A stretch of 64,000 nucleotides of DNA from Narcine bancroftii (lineage: Eukaryota). Location: positions 295,926,001-295,990,000 of the forward strand of contig NC_091471.1 of assembly GCF_036971445.1 (NCBI RefSeq). Reading direction: 5' to 3'. Every line of letters starts with the position of its first letter. The stretch's first letter is position 1. Positions 47,446-59,620 of the stretch are shown here, piece after piece. The position numbers and the translations under genes were made by a program. Below the pieces are notes generated by a model. That model saw only the letters and a program-made list of their open reading frames with translations, did not search any database and was not told where the DNA came from.

Positions 47446-48439
47446 CTGGAGCAGCAGAGAAAACACATGGTGAAAATGTACGCCAGAGGTATAATTAGAG
47501 TACTGGCAAAGTGGTCATAGCCCATGGATTGTGGCTCAGTTCCAGCTTGAGTTCATGGGGTAAAGGTTTCAGGTAGGAATCCACTGATTTGACTTGTCAT
47601 TGTGCTTTTTCTTCCTGAGCTTGTGATACTCCTCTGTGACTCCCCCAGCCCATTTGTAACCTTGTTAATTTCACTGTCTGAACTCCTCTCCTGAGCCTTC
47701 CCACTCCACTCGCTTTTAAGAAATTATTTAACAAATTGGCCATCTGTTTTTCTTTTTTTAAAAAAATGTATATTTTTTAAAAATAACAACAGGTTCTGGA
47801 AAACTAATAAAAACAGAAAATGTTGAACAGATCAGGCACTGTTTGTGGAACTAATTAGTGAATGTTTCAGGTTTGAAAAACTTGTCAACTGAGAGTGAGT
47901 GTAAATGAGAAGGTAGGGGAGTGATAGAGAGACCGATTCTGATAAGGTAAGACAAAATGGGTTAATAGATATTGTGCTTCTTTGTGTTGTCTTTCTGAAA
48001 GCAGAGCTGGGAAAAGTCAAACTAATTCAATTGAAAGAATCCAAGCCAAAATTCACAAATACTGGTAGGTGTCCAGTTCTGATCCAGATACACAGAGAGA
48101 ACCTAATGTTGGAGAATTCAGGATCAAGTCCTACAGGTTCCAACTTGCCCAGCTACCTTTTTCCAGCCAGTTTTCTGACAGTGCAGGGAGGCCACAAGCA
48201 GAAAGGTCAGAGTGGGATGGGAATTAAAATGGCACCAATGTGAAGCTCAGGAAGAGGAAAATGGCAGGAAGGGATGTCAGGGTTCTCTGTGACTGGTTAG
48301 CTACACCAACTGTTTTCAACAGGACTCAGGGCATCAAGCCCTTTCCCAATGTATGTGGCTTGGAAACAATTGTTTCATCCACAATGAGGTCTGCAAATTA
48401 AAGATAAGAGGTGCTTTATATTGAAGAATGATTTAGCCT

Positions 48440-49015
48440 TGGTGTTGAGTCCTTCCAAGTGAAGCAACACTTCACGTGAATCTGAAGGTGCATCTGGTGC
48501 TCCCGTTGTGGTCTCTTTTACATCGGAGAGACTAGACACAGACTGGGAGATTGCTTTGTTGAGCAATAGCATTTGGCAACCCATTTCAATTCCCTGACCC
48601 ATTCCCTTGCTGACATGTCAGATCGTGGTCTCGTATAGACTGAGACAACCTGCTAATTGGAGGAACAATGTCTCTTCTGTCTGAGCACCCTCCTACTGAA
48701 TGGCATTAACATGGGATTCTTCGGTTTCTGTTAAGAACAACACCCCTCCCCTTCTTCCCTCCAATCCTGTCTTTTTCTTCCCTTTTTCCTCTGTCTCCTT
48801 TCACATAGCCAAAATCAATTCTAATTTTTCCCCTTATATGCAATTACTTTGTTGGACTGGACTCCTCCCTGTCCCATTCTTTCACCTTTCTGTCTTTATT
48901 GAGACCTTACTGCTTTTTGCTTATACCTTGAAGGGCTCAGGCCTGAAACGTTGGTAATATATCTTTACCTCCTATGGACACTGCAAGACTGGCTGAGTTT
49001 CTCCAGTGTTTTTAG
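48440..49015 (+). mobile_element. Penelope-like element 3' part with terminal repeat
   Basis: ttccaagtgaagcaacacttcacgtg...tacatcggagagact (YIGET) remnant; terminal atacc-ttga-a-gggc-tcag-gcct-gaaac-gtt-ggta at ~48923-48956. Confidence 0.8.
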
Positions 49016-50530
49016 TTGAATTCCATAACTCTGGGTAACTTCTTTTCACTGTCCATCAGAATAGGGCAGTTGTCAGACTTGCTACATTGCCTTCATTTGA
49101 TTTTCCCGATTAGCCTGACCTTCTGAGCGAGGTCTATTTTTCACAACTCTTACATTTGTGCCTTCTTTCTCTAACTGACTTCATTTCACACTGGCAGGGA
49201 GCAGGTTGAAGAGCTCTTCCTTGGATGGCACAGGCAGTAGCCATATGATCTATGGTGCAAGAAATATCTTGGAAGTATTCACATCACTTGTACACTATAA
49301 TGCATTGTATGGGAATGTGAGAGGCCAATCAGCCCATCCGATGCAAGACAAAACAGGAAAATGATTAACAAGGAACTGGAGTTATTGGGGATGAGCTGTC
49401 CCAGTGAAGTTAGTCCCAAGGTTCTGACATCCCCACAGCTACTGTCTGGCCTGAATATTTCCAGCATTTTCTGGGTTTGTTTTACATTTCCTGCACTGTT
49501 AGTAAGCAATCTCCCCAGGTTTGTGCGCTTCATTACACTGGACAACAAAGAATTTGCTTCCTGAACCCTTTGGGTGTATTTTTTATGAATTTTGGACTGC
49601 TGATCACAAAAATAAAAATAAAATAAAATCATGTACTTTTTTTTAGATAAATTCTGATTTTGTGATATGCAATTGTTGTCTTTGGACTGGACATGCTTTG
49701 TCAGGATAGATGCAGACTGGTTATAGCAGCTCATACACAGATTCTGTGAATGACATTGATTATAGATTGAGTACATTTGATGCACACGTTCTTCAGGCAA
49801 TAGCATCGTGAGTGTACTTATCAATAGGATTTATTGTCTTCAGAAGATTCAATAAAGCAGAAATGTCTTCAATGTCCAAACATTTGCAATACATTCTGTT
49901 GACATTTGTAGGGTAAGGCTCAAAGCAGCAGCATGACTGCACTTATTAAGAAGCCTATGAGCTGTGCTTCGGTTGTAAAATAGGTGACCAAGACAAACCC
50001 TGGGCTCCTCACATCTGAGAGCTTGGCTTTGAGGTACATTATGTGATTAAACATGCTAAATTCAATAAACGTTAATTAAATGTTTCTCCAACTTCCAAAA
50101 TGGTACAACAAATCTCAAATTATCTTCATGTTCAGCTTGAAGTTGTCTATCATAATACCCATTATTTGCAGGAAGTAAACTTTTTTGGGGGGGAAAAAAT
50201 TGTTCATCAGTATTATACTCCCACTGACGTCATGGACAGCGAACCCGGAGGTCAGGGCACAAAGAGAGAGTGTTAATGAATGAGGAGGGGTGAAAGGGGT
50301 CAGGGTTGAACAGGATATTTAGGAATGGATGGTAGTTTTGCAGAACAAGATGAGAACAGTCTGCTCAGAAAATCAAGGCTCAGATGAGCTGAGGCAAGAC
50401 TGGTACCTCAGTCCAACAGGAGTTTATAATGGTGGGAGATCTGCCCCCAGATGAGCAAGCTGCTGTTTAGTTTTCAGAGAGCTATTGAGGCGCTGAAGGA
50501 GACTGTTCAACTCATCGTCTCCTCATGACA

Positions 50531-51375
50531 TAGCCCATGAGGTTAATGGAGCTTTCTAGCCTCACACTGAGCATGTATGATGAGAAATGACATCTCTGGG
50601 CAAAGGAGGTCTGTGTGAATGTGTGAGGCCAAGCAGAATAAGTGTGAGGTGATGCATTTTGGAAGGTCAAACCTGAAGGCTGAACACAGGGTTAATGATC
50701 AGATGCTTAACAGTGTGGACAAACAGAGAGAACTTGGGGTCCAAATCCATATATGGCACAAGGTTGCTGTGCAGGTTGATCAGATAGTTAAGAAGGCCTA
50801 TGGAATGCTGGGCTTCACAAGTCAGGGAGTTGACTTCAGGAGTTGAGAGGTCATGTTATAACTCTACAAATGTCTGGTGAGACATTTGAATACTGAGTTC
50901 AGTTCTGGTCACTTCATTATGTGGAAGCGATGGAGAGATTGACCTGGATTGGAAAATAAGTCTTATGAGGCAAGGTGAGCAGAGCGAAGGGAAGAAGGAT
51001 GAGAGGTGACTAAATGGAGGACTACAAGATTTTGAGAAGTATAGATGAGGTAGACAGCCAGTACCTTTTTCCTGGGGCGGGACTATCAAACACTAGAGGA
51101 TATTTGTACAAAGTAAAGGGAGAAACATTTAGGGGAGTCATCAGGGGTGTTTTTTTAAAAGAGTTGTGGGTTCCTGCAACCTCTGAAATGGGGATGGTTG
51201 TGGAGGCTGAAACATGAAGGGTATTTCAGAGACCCTTGATTTCAGATACACATGGATGAAAGAAAAATCGAGGATTATGAGGCAGGGAAGGTTTAGTAGT
51301 TTTATTTAGGTAGGACTATAACGGTTGGCACAACATCGAGGGCCGAAGGGCCTGTATTGTGCTATATAGTATTTT
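50531..51375 (+). repeat. Local segmental duplicate B (unique flank plus CR1 fragment)
   Basis: Partner of 46271-47055; CR1 ORF remnant NKCEVMHFGRSNLK...RELGVQIH...QVDQIVKKAYGMLGF. Confidence 0.85.
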
Positions 51376-51981
51376 ATGACTGCCCCAGGATCAGTCTCGG
51401 CTCTACGCGATTTCTTAGCTTGAAGAGCACAGCTGGCCTGCGAGGGGTGAGGCAAGATGTGGTCAAACGCCACAGCCAGCGGAGGGGATGAAGGAACACG
51501 ATAAAACCAGCACTGCTCAGTGCCCAGGACATGACGAAAAGGGACCAGCCGGAGAATTCTCTCAAAAGTGCTCGTACAGGCCCAGTGGGCCGAATGAGTT
51601 CCCTTACCCCCCCCCCCCCCCCCAATGCTGTGCTTTTTCACTTCTTAAATCCAAGCCCGGCACGTCAGTTTGACAACAGTTTTAGGATGACATTAAAAGT
51701 CTTGCATTTCTATAGCACCCTGTGCTCGGACATCCCCAAACACTCAGCATCCGGAGCTGCAGTGGGGAAACCAGCGGCGGATGGTGACCGCAACGTGAAA
51801 GTGAGGGCGGTGGAGAAGGCGGCAGATCCACGCTCCTCAGACATCCCAGGACAGTCATTGCACACAATCAACGGACCAGAGGCTCTCTCTCTCCCTCCCG
51901 CGGCGCCACCACCCCATGGCCCCCTCCTCTCCCGCGGCGCCCCCTCGGCAGCCTCGCCTCCCCGCCCGGGGATGGGTTTAC

Positions 51982-52292
51982 CTGTCTGAGTCTCCGCCGC
52001 CCCCGCGGACCTGTGCTGCCAGGTGACCGAGAAGTAGGGCGAGCAGCAGGCAGCACAGGTGCAGCGACACTGAAAGAGAAGCGAGTCCCCGGGCGACGCA
52101 GCGCAGCAGCCGGGCGGCCGCAGGCGGGACGGGGGAGAGCGGAGGTCCAGGCGTCTGAAGGAGCAGGCTGGCGGACTGGAGGGCCATGAAGGCAGCGGCG
52201 GCGGCCAGCGAGAGCAGCGCGGCCAAGCAGCGGTTCGGGGACAGGTCCGCGGTGCCCGCTTGAGCTGGTCCGCTCCTCCCAGCCGGTGGCAT
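51982..52292 (-). CDS. TMEM221: TMEM221 exon 1
   Basis: ATG 52292; MPPAGRSG...RCLAALLSLAAAAAFMALQSASLLLQ...LASLSVSLHLCCLLLALLLGHLAAQV...DSD-R |GTAAAC. Two hydrophobic helices and a GHL.A motif; within a CpG island; spliced total 289 aa. Confidence 0.88.
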
Positions 52293-52480
52293 GTTTGCCC
52301 ACGACGGCCGCCCTCCCACACCTTATCCCCCCCTCTCACTTCCGGCGGTTCTTCCCACCCCTGGAAACCGACCCAAACCGGGGGACGTGTCCGGTCCCTG
52401 TCGGCGCTCCCAGTTCGGGGTCACTCAGACAGGAGAATAGATACAGGAGGCCATTCAACCCTTCGAGCCCGCCGCACTTG
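52293..52480 (-). promoter_or_regulatory. TMEM221: TMEM221 CpG-island promoter
   Basis: GC/CpG-rich; ETS motif (ACTTCCGG) at ~52338. Confidence 0.55.
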
Positions 52481-52709
52481 TCAATATGAACGCGGTGGAT
52501 CATGTGACCTCAAAGACCTCTTCCTGCTCTCTCCCCCTCTCTCATGATCCCGTAATCCCTGTAGCCACATCCACTCCATTCTGAATATGTTACGAACCAG
52601 CTTCAATAACCTGTGGGAGAAGGTCCAACAAGTTCACAACTCTGATCATTGTCGAAAATGACTTCTCCTGAGACGGTGACCTCTTGTTCTGGACTTCCCC
52701 AACATTGGG

Positions 52710-52745
52710 AACCTTGATGAAGGGCTCAAGCCCGAAACGTTGGTT
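52710..52745 (+). ncRNA. Minimal hammerhead-ribozyme-like motif in a Penelope-type terminal repeat
   Basis: aacc [ttgatga] a gggc-tcaa-gccc [gaaac] gt t ggtt: stem I, core with U at position 3, stem II, GAAA and palindromic AACGTT stem III. Confidence 0.55.
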
Positions 52746-53883
52746 ATGTACCTTTAACTTTGCTATATAAAGAGTACTGCTTGTCCTGATCAGTTTCTCC
52801 AGCTTCGTGTCTTTATTATATGGCGCATTCTTCCTGCATCTAACCTGCTGAACTTTCTACGTTTCAACGAGAACCCCTCTTATTCTTCTAAATTCCAATG
52901 AGTCTAACTGGATCATCCAGGAGTTCTTCGTACATTAGTCTCGCCATCCCAGGAATCACTCTGTCAGTATACAGCACAGATACAGACCCTTCGGCCCACC
53001 ATGTCCATACTGTGCCTTGACCACCCCTGCTGACTGTGCCTGATGCTAGGCCCCGTAACCGGTCTGAGATCCTTTCTGGACTCCTTAAAAGAAGAGAGGT
53101 TTTGGGAGAGGGTTCCCGAGTTTCGTGTCCAGGGAGCTGACGGGCACGCCCTGAGAGGGGAGGAGGTGAGAGAGTCAGCTGGTTGGTGGAGTGGGGGTTA
53201 ACTCAACTATCGCAAATTCCAGCACCTTTGCCAGAGGGGACAGTGAAGGACGGGCCGAGTGGCTTTCTTGGCGCGGTGTCTTCCTTTGATTCAACATTTC
53301 TGATGAGACCCAATGTTGGGTTGGATTTGCATCGGATAAACGAGAGCTGAATGCATGGATGAAACTTCCTGCGTGAAGTTCTCGCCGGGGCCAACCACGA
53401 CAAAACAAGTCCCCAGTTTTGATCCACCAAAATCCTAGAAAAACTCAACAGTGTCTGGTGGAGACAAAACAAAGGCGTTATCCCTAGAATCCACATACAC
53501 GTCGGTCATGTATCTGGGACACTGCGGGACCTGCTGAGTTTCTCCAGCACTATGTTTTACAATCGCAGGGTCTGCAGACTTTACTGTTCCCTTCCCAGTC
53601 TTGAGGAAGAGTTCCCACTGGGAACGTTGACTATTCCGGCAGTGATTTTACAACCAAACAATCCAGTTTCTGTGGAGGGATGCAGCTACGTTTTGCAGTT
53701 TTTCAGTTCAATAAAAATCCTAATAATGGGGTGGCTCCATGACTGTGTATGAGCGAGAACTGCGCCTCGTGATATTGTGATAAACCCGTTCCCCCTCCCT
53801 CCACTCCTGCCGTGTCGGGCTCTGCTGCCAAGCACCCAGACCCACTTTCCATTCTTGTCTCGGTCGTATCGTCTGTTCCCATA

Positions 53884-53897
53884 GTCTCCATAGCAAC
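53884..53897. promoter_or_regulatory. RFX X-box-like motif in a CpG-enriched region
   Basis: GTCTCCATAGCAAC, close to the X-box palindrome GTTRCCATGGYAAC. Confidence 0.4.
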
Positions 53898-54899
53898 CTG
53901 ACAAATATTTGTAAATAGTGGGAATGAGCGGCGATCATGTTCGTTGGGATTCGGGCGCCGATGTAGCAAGCACCACCACATCCCGACCTGAGACATTTGT
54001 CCCCGTCTGCCCGGCCCGCAGGGTCCCGTTTGACCACAATCCCGGACCTTGGCTTTCCGAATCGTGTGTAACTCACTGCTCCAGTCACCGGACCCCACAA
54101 ACCCGAATGGACCCACGATTTTACCTGCTCTACTCCTAAACCCAATGAGTGCATCACTTGGGGGGGATTCACAATGGGAGAGTGGCTGGCGGATTACACC
54201 CCAGCTCCGGGCAGCCTGAACTAAGAGTGACCCTCTCTCCTTGCGTGACACATCCCCTCTCTGGGGACGAAGGGGTCGGTGGGAGGGCTGACAGATCCTC
54301 TCGCTGCAGTGCGTTTTTAAGGGGGGGGGGGTTCATCAGTGGGAGGATTTGTGATTTTGCTAAAGATTTCCATCTGGATGAACAGAACAGATTCTGGATC
54401 CGGTAGGGGACAGAAGTACATTGCTGAGCCCGCTGGAACAGATGATGCCCGAGAGGCCACACCAGGGATGCGATTATGGGATAACTGGTGGTGCCAAATA
54501 ATGACGGTCTGGACCCTGACCCATCATTCACAGAAGCCCAGGTCCACAGCACATTGAAAAAGCTCGTTACCCAGACACCACGGGTGCAGAACACTTCCCT
54601 GCCGTTGCACTGAAGGCCTGCGGACCTCAGGGTAACTCGTCAAATGTTTCAGTTAAATGACAACACTGCCCTACGTCCATGAAGGGGGATAGTTGCCCGG
54701 GAATGTTACAAAACCCAGATCAAATCGACCAGGTGAGTCGACTGTCAGCCAGCAACACAGTGAGGGAACCCTCAGCATCAATGTTAAATGGTCCTTACTA
54801 ATCAATAACCAGTACACTCACGTTCAGGGTGGGCTTCACCAGGGCAACTCTGCTCCAGACCCCATCTGAACTGAGTTCCACAGGGGAGATGAGTGCGAC

Positions 54900-55950
54900 T
54901 GCCGTCACATCAATATCTGAGTGTGGGGGAGTTGTGAGAGGTGAGTGTGACTGCCCAGACATCAGTATCTGAGTGAGAGGAAGTGACGGGTGGTGAAGTG
55001 GGTGCGGGGTCTGGTGGTGTGAATGGTGAGGTTGAGATCCCTGTTCTGTTATGTGGGGAGGTGGGGAAGAAGAGAGCAGGATTCTGAGAGATTGAGGAAA
55101 TGTGGGAGTTGGCTCTATTGACCACAGTAGAGGGACAACCCATGATGTCGAAAAGCAGGAACATTTCAGATGCCCTGAAGTGGGTCATCCTGAAAACAGG
55201 TGCAACAGAGTAGGCAAACTGGGGAAAGGGATGGCAGGGTGAGAGAAGGAGGAGTTGAGGTACCTGTGGGCATCACTGAGTCTGTAGTAAATGTTCTGTC
55301 CTGGAGACAGAGTTTCAGAAAGGAGAGAAAAGTGTTAGAAATGTCCAAGTGGAAGTGGAGAGTATGTTCCTTGTAGTGGGGGAGTCGGGACCAGAGGACA
55401 CAGACTCAGAATGCAAAAAGGTTCCATGAGAACAGAGATGGAGAAATTTCTTTACCTAGACGGTGGTAAATTTGTGCATTAATTGCCGCAGACAGTGTAG
55501 AGGTATATTTAAGATATTGAGGATATTTAAATTGGAAGTAGATACATTCAACTCCTATGGCTTTGAGACCTTCCTGATGAGGGATGGAAGTGTACAGATA
55601 CTGGACATCCATGTTGTGATGGTGGGGACCAGGGAACCAGAATATGTCAAAGTGATGAAGGGTATGGGAGATATCCCAGGTGTAGGTTGGATGAGGGGAG
55701 AGAGGATGGAGTCGACATAGGAGGATATAAGTTCAGTGGGGCAGGAGCAGTTGAAAATAGTGGGCCTGCCAGAACAGTCTTGTTTATGGATCTTGGGGAA
55801 GAGGTAAAAATGGAAAGTGCGGGGTTGGAGCACTATCAGGTTGGAGGATGTGGATGGGAGATGTCCTCACGTGATGGGATCTGTGACAGTGCGGGAGGCT
55901 GTGGCCTGATGTTCATTGGTGGGATCATGGTCCTGGGTTAGGTGAGAGGT
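54900..55950 (-). mobile_element. Penelope-like element RT fragment (interrupted by a CR1 scrap)
   Basis: PRTFHFYLFPKIHKQDCSGRP...CSCPTELISSYVDSILSPL...MDVQYLYTSIPHQEGLKA PLE-RT motifs. Confidence 0.85.
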
Positions 55951-56039
55951 GGAGAAACAGGTGAGGTGCAGTTTGTGTTTTTGATCAGAAACATCAGTCA
56001 GGTTTGTTTCCACATGCTGGACTGGACTCCCACTCCCTC

Positions 56040-56560
56040 CAGTGGCAGCTTTAATGATAATATCTTTATTGTCAGACACGTTGGATAATGTACACATGCA
56101 CCATTTCGTAGCCGATCAGACAAGCCATAACGGTAAACTAATCGAATTAAATTGAAAGAGACTAAAGTCCATATGAAAAATAGATATCAAATACTCTTGG
56201 GGATCCTAGTGATACAGTAATGCAGACTGTTTTGTTCTCCTGTCAGAGGAGTCTCTGATCAATGCACCAAGGGCAGGTTCAAGAGCTTGATAAAGAAACT
56301 GTTCTTGAAACTAGAGGTGCTGGTCTTCAGGTTTCTGTACCTTTTGCCTGAAGATAGCAGTGGGAAGAGGTTATGACCAGGATAATGTGGGCCCTTTCTG
56401 ATGTTGGCTACCTCCTTGAGGCAGCAACTCACAGAGATGTCTACAATGGATGGGAGGTTAGAGCCTGTGATGGACCTGGCTGCAGCTTTCTGAATTCCTG
56501 GCACTTGAACTGTCAAACCAGGCTGTGATGCAACCCGGCAGTGTACATTCCACACATTCC
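56040..56560 (-). mobile_element. Rex-Babar-like LINE 3' fragment
   Basis: AARSITGSNLPSIVDI...PHYPGHNLFPLLSSGKRYRNLKTSTSSFKNSF. Confidence 0.8.
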
Positions 56561-57582
56561 GAGAAAGTGAATCCTTCCTGAGGTGAAAATTCCAGATCTC
56601 ACTGTAGAGAATCCCCTGTACTCACTGCCTGGCCTCTTCTCCAATGAGCAGAGTATCCCCCCTACTCACTGCCCACCCTCGCTCCAGTGAAACCCCAATG
56701 AATATTTATCCCAAAAATAACTATGAATGGAAAATTTAAAAGTGCTTCTAAAACTAATGTCAGCATCAAAATATTTTCTCAGTGCTCCTAGCTTCCCAAG
56801 TCCCAGTCATTACCCACCCTTCATTCTCTGCCTTTGCAGAAACAACAGCTTGATTGTATCCTGTGTCCCTGGTCTCACCCTCCCTGCACTTCCTTCCAGT
56901 TCCCTCAACTTCCCCCTTCACCCTCTCACCCTCCCTGTTCCATCTTCCCCTTCACCTTTCCTGTTCCTCTTCCTCCCTCTCACCTCCTTCCTTCCACTCG
57001 GCATGACCAGGTGATTCTGATGAGTTCTTATTTAATTCTTTAGCTAGTGTGTGGACGTCTGTCTGAACCTATCTTCAGTTTCCCTGGGATATTTATCTGA
57101 GTTAAAATGCCTATAAAAGTAAACTATTCTTAACATGAGTTCTTGTCTTTTCAGAAAGAAATGATGAGCCCTGGGGGTTCATGACCATTTAAGTAAAAGT
57201 CTTGTTTTCTTTCATCACATCTAACATAAATATTTCTGATGTTTCTTTATGTAGTTGGTTGGAGAGAAGTACAGAAGAAACCAACTAAATTTGACCTCCT
57301 TCACAGAAAAGGGGGCTCATAAACTTTGAGTAGAGTCCTAGGTGGGGCCATAGCCAAAATAAAGGTTGAAAATGGCTGGCATGGACAGTTGGGGAATGGA
57401 TCCCACTCTACAATGGAGCCTATCTTAGAGTAATCAGTCTCTGTCAACTAACATTAAACTGTTCCAGCCCTGTCGTTTACCCGAGTATATGGAAATGTTA
57501 CCTAGGTTTGTACCCCTCACCCAACGTCTGCTTTCAATCAGCGGATGTACTGGATGGTGTTACCAACTTTCACTCAGTGATG

Positions 57583-57860
57583 AAAAACCACAATGTTGGA
57601 GAAACTCAGCAGGTCAAACTGTGTACTTTACAGAGCAAAGATGAATATTTTAGATTTGAGCCCTTCATCAAGGTATGAGCAAAATGTAGGTAGGCACCAG
57701 GCTACATTTTGCTCATACCTTGATGAAGGGCTCAAGCCCAAAATGTTGGTTATGAACCTTTATCTTTGCTACATAAAGTACAGTTTGATCTGCTGGGTTT
57801 CTCCAGCGTGGTGTTTTTTACTTCAATCACAGTATCTGCAGACGTTTGTGTTTTACTCCT
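57583..57860. repeat. Fold-back (inverted) pair of Penelope-type terminal repeats
   Basis: Perfect 34-bp inverted arms at 57656-57689 and 57702-57735 around a 12-nt loop, with imperfect outer arms. Confidence 0.9.
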
Positions 57861-58201
57861 CATTCACTGCTCATCTCCACATTTCCTCTCCTTGGCTTAA
57901 AACGTGGAGACAATAGCATGAGGGGACTGCCTTCCACATGGGGTCAGCATCTGGGCCGAAGATGCTTCTGCACCTCTGGCCCAGCACATACTCAAGTACC
58001 CTGAAACTTCTGGATGCTCCAAAAATCCAGAGTTGTCTCTGATTGTGTGCTGTATGCCCTGGAGTTCAGGAGTCCTCCTGTTCTATGCCTCACGGCTGTT
58101 GACAGAACTCTGACTGAAGTGAAATACCGGCAAGCAACAAGAGAGGGCAGGAGATCACCAGCAAATCAGGGGGAAAGAGCTGCTCACAGTTAGCCCTAGG
58201 G

Positions 58202-59620
58202 CAGGGGTGTCAAACTCAAATTCACGGAGGGCCAAAATTAAAAACTTGGACTAAGTCGAGGGCTGAACTAAATATTTATTGAAAATTTTCAACAACATCT
58301 GCATGTTTTCTCTTCTTTCAACATATGTAATGTTAAACTTTTTCTTATTAAAATAAATGTTTAATAATAGTTTTGGATAAACTCTTTCTAGAAGCATTAA
58401 CAAATGAGAAATAAAATATTCAATAAATAATATTCCTCTATAGAGGATTTGTCAAATGTTGCTAGTGTGCTGTCGAATAGTAAAATCTGAGGGCTATTGA
58501 GAATGTGGGAGAATAACATGATTCCTGAAACAATCAAATGGGTGACTGATTGTGGGCATGAACTCTAGCAGGATTATTTGCCATGCCCTTTTTCCATTGG
58601 TACAGATATCCTTTGATTTACACACTTTTCAAGTTTTATGCCTAATGAGCTTGTATCCAGGTGCAGGACCATTTTTAACCAGGAATATATTTATCACTGT
58701 GACATGAAACTATTGGAAGATCGTTTTATCCTGAGATTAAAGTTCATAATACTTACTTAGGCCTGTGTGCAGGAGGGCGGGGTTTGCGGGCGATCGGGTT
58801 GGACAATGACAGTGCGGGGGAATCGGCTCTCGCTGTAGGGCGGCATCTCAGCGGATCAGCGGCCCCATCACCGTGAGTCGCGGGTCGGCCTGCGGCAGGG
58901 AGGGGGAGTGGGCAACGATCCTAGTGAGGTCAGGCCCCCCTGAGTTTCTGCCGGAACCCCTTGACCTGCTGAGTTTCTCCCGGACCTCCCTTGACCTGCT
59001 GAGTTTCTCCCGGACCCCCTTTTCTTTCCGTGCCGGTGTCCCAGGACCTTTCCAGGACAGTCTCCGCACTCAGGACCGCGTTGGGATCCCGGTCAGCGGT
59101 GGAGGAGCAGGTGAGCGCGGCTAATCCCGATCCAGCCCACGCCACTCCCAAGATTGGCGGGGGGTCCCATCCTACCTGCCCGACCAGCCTCGCTCTCCAC
59201 GTTTACTCCGGGCACCCGCCGCTGGTCCGGTGGGAAGGCGCAGGGCGGCTGGCAGCCGGCGCCCCCATCGCCCGGCAGGGAGCCCCAATCTTCCCTCCGG
59301 CGTCCCGACTCCATCTGCAGCTCCAAGAAACGCTGTGCCACTGGGGTTCCGGGCGCTGGGAAGCGGCCTTGGCTTCCCCTGACACCGGCCAGGCCACGCT
59401 GCGGTGGGGGGGTGGGCGGGGGGACACGACAGCGTGTTTATAAAACCACCCACCACTACTTTTCAAGGACCAGGATTTTTCTCTCTCTCTCTCTCACCCT
59501 GGGACACAGCGGTTACTGTGCATGCGCTATACTGGTGCGGCGGCCAACGGGCCACCTCTAATACATTTTTGATATGATCTTGCGGGCCAAATATAATTAT
59601 ATCGCGGGCCAAATTTGGTG
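58202..59620 (+). mobile_element. Non-autonomous hAT (Charlie-like) element
   Basis: 8-bp TSD CCCTAGGG at 58194-58201 and 59621-59628; left end CAGGGGTGTCAAACTC; subterminal gcgggccaaa repeats; right TIR partly deleted. Confidence 0.8.

Noticed and set aside
51710-52339. 209-aa ORF overlapping TMEM221 exon 1
   Set aside because: Alternative frame in a CpG island; the TMEM221 frame is supported by homology and splice phase.
57155-57249. C/D-box snoRNA candidate (ATGATGA 57161, CTGA 57236)
   Set aside because: Terminal stem register is poor, no recognisable rRNA guide, and no host gene identified. A snoscan or Rfam search would be needed.
58848-59561. Multiple overlapping GC-rich ORFs
   Set aside because: Stop-poor GC-rich interior of a hAT element; no domain signal.
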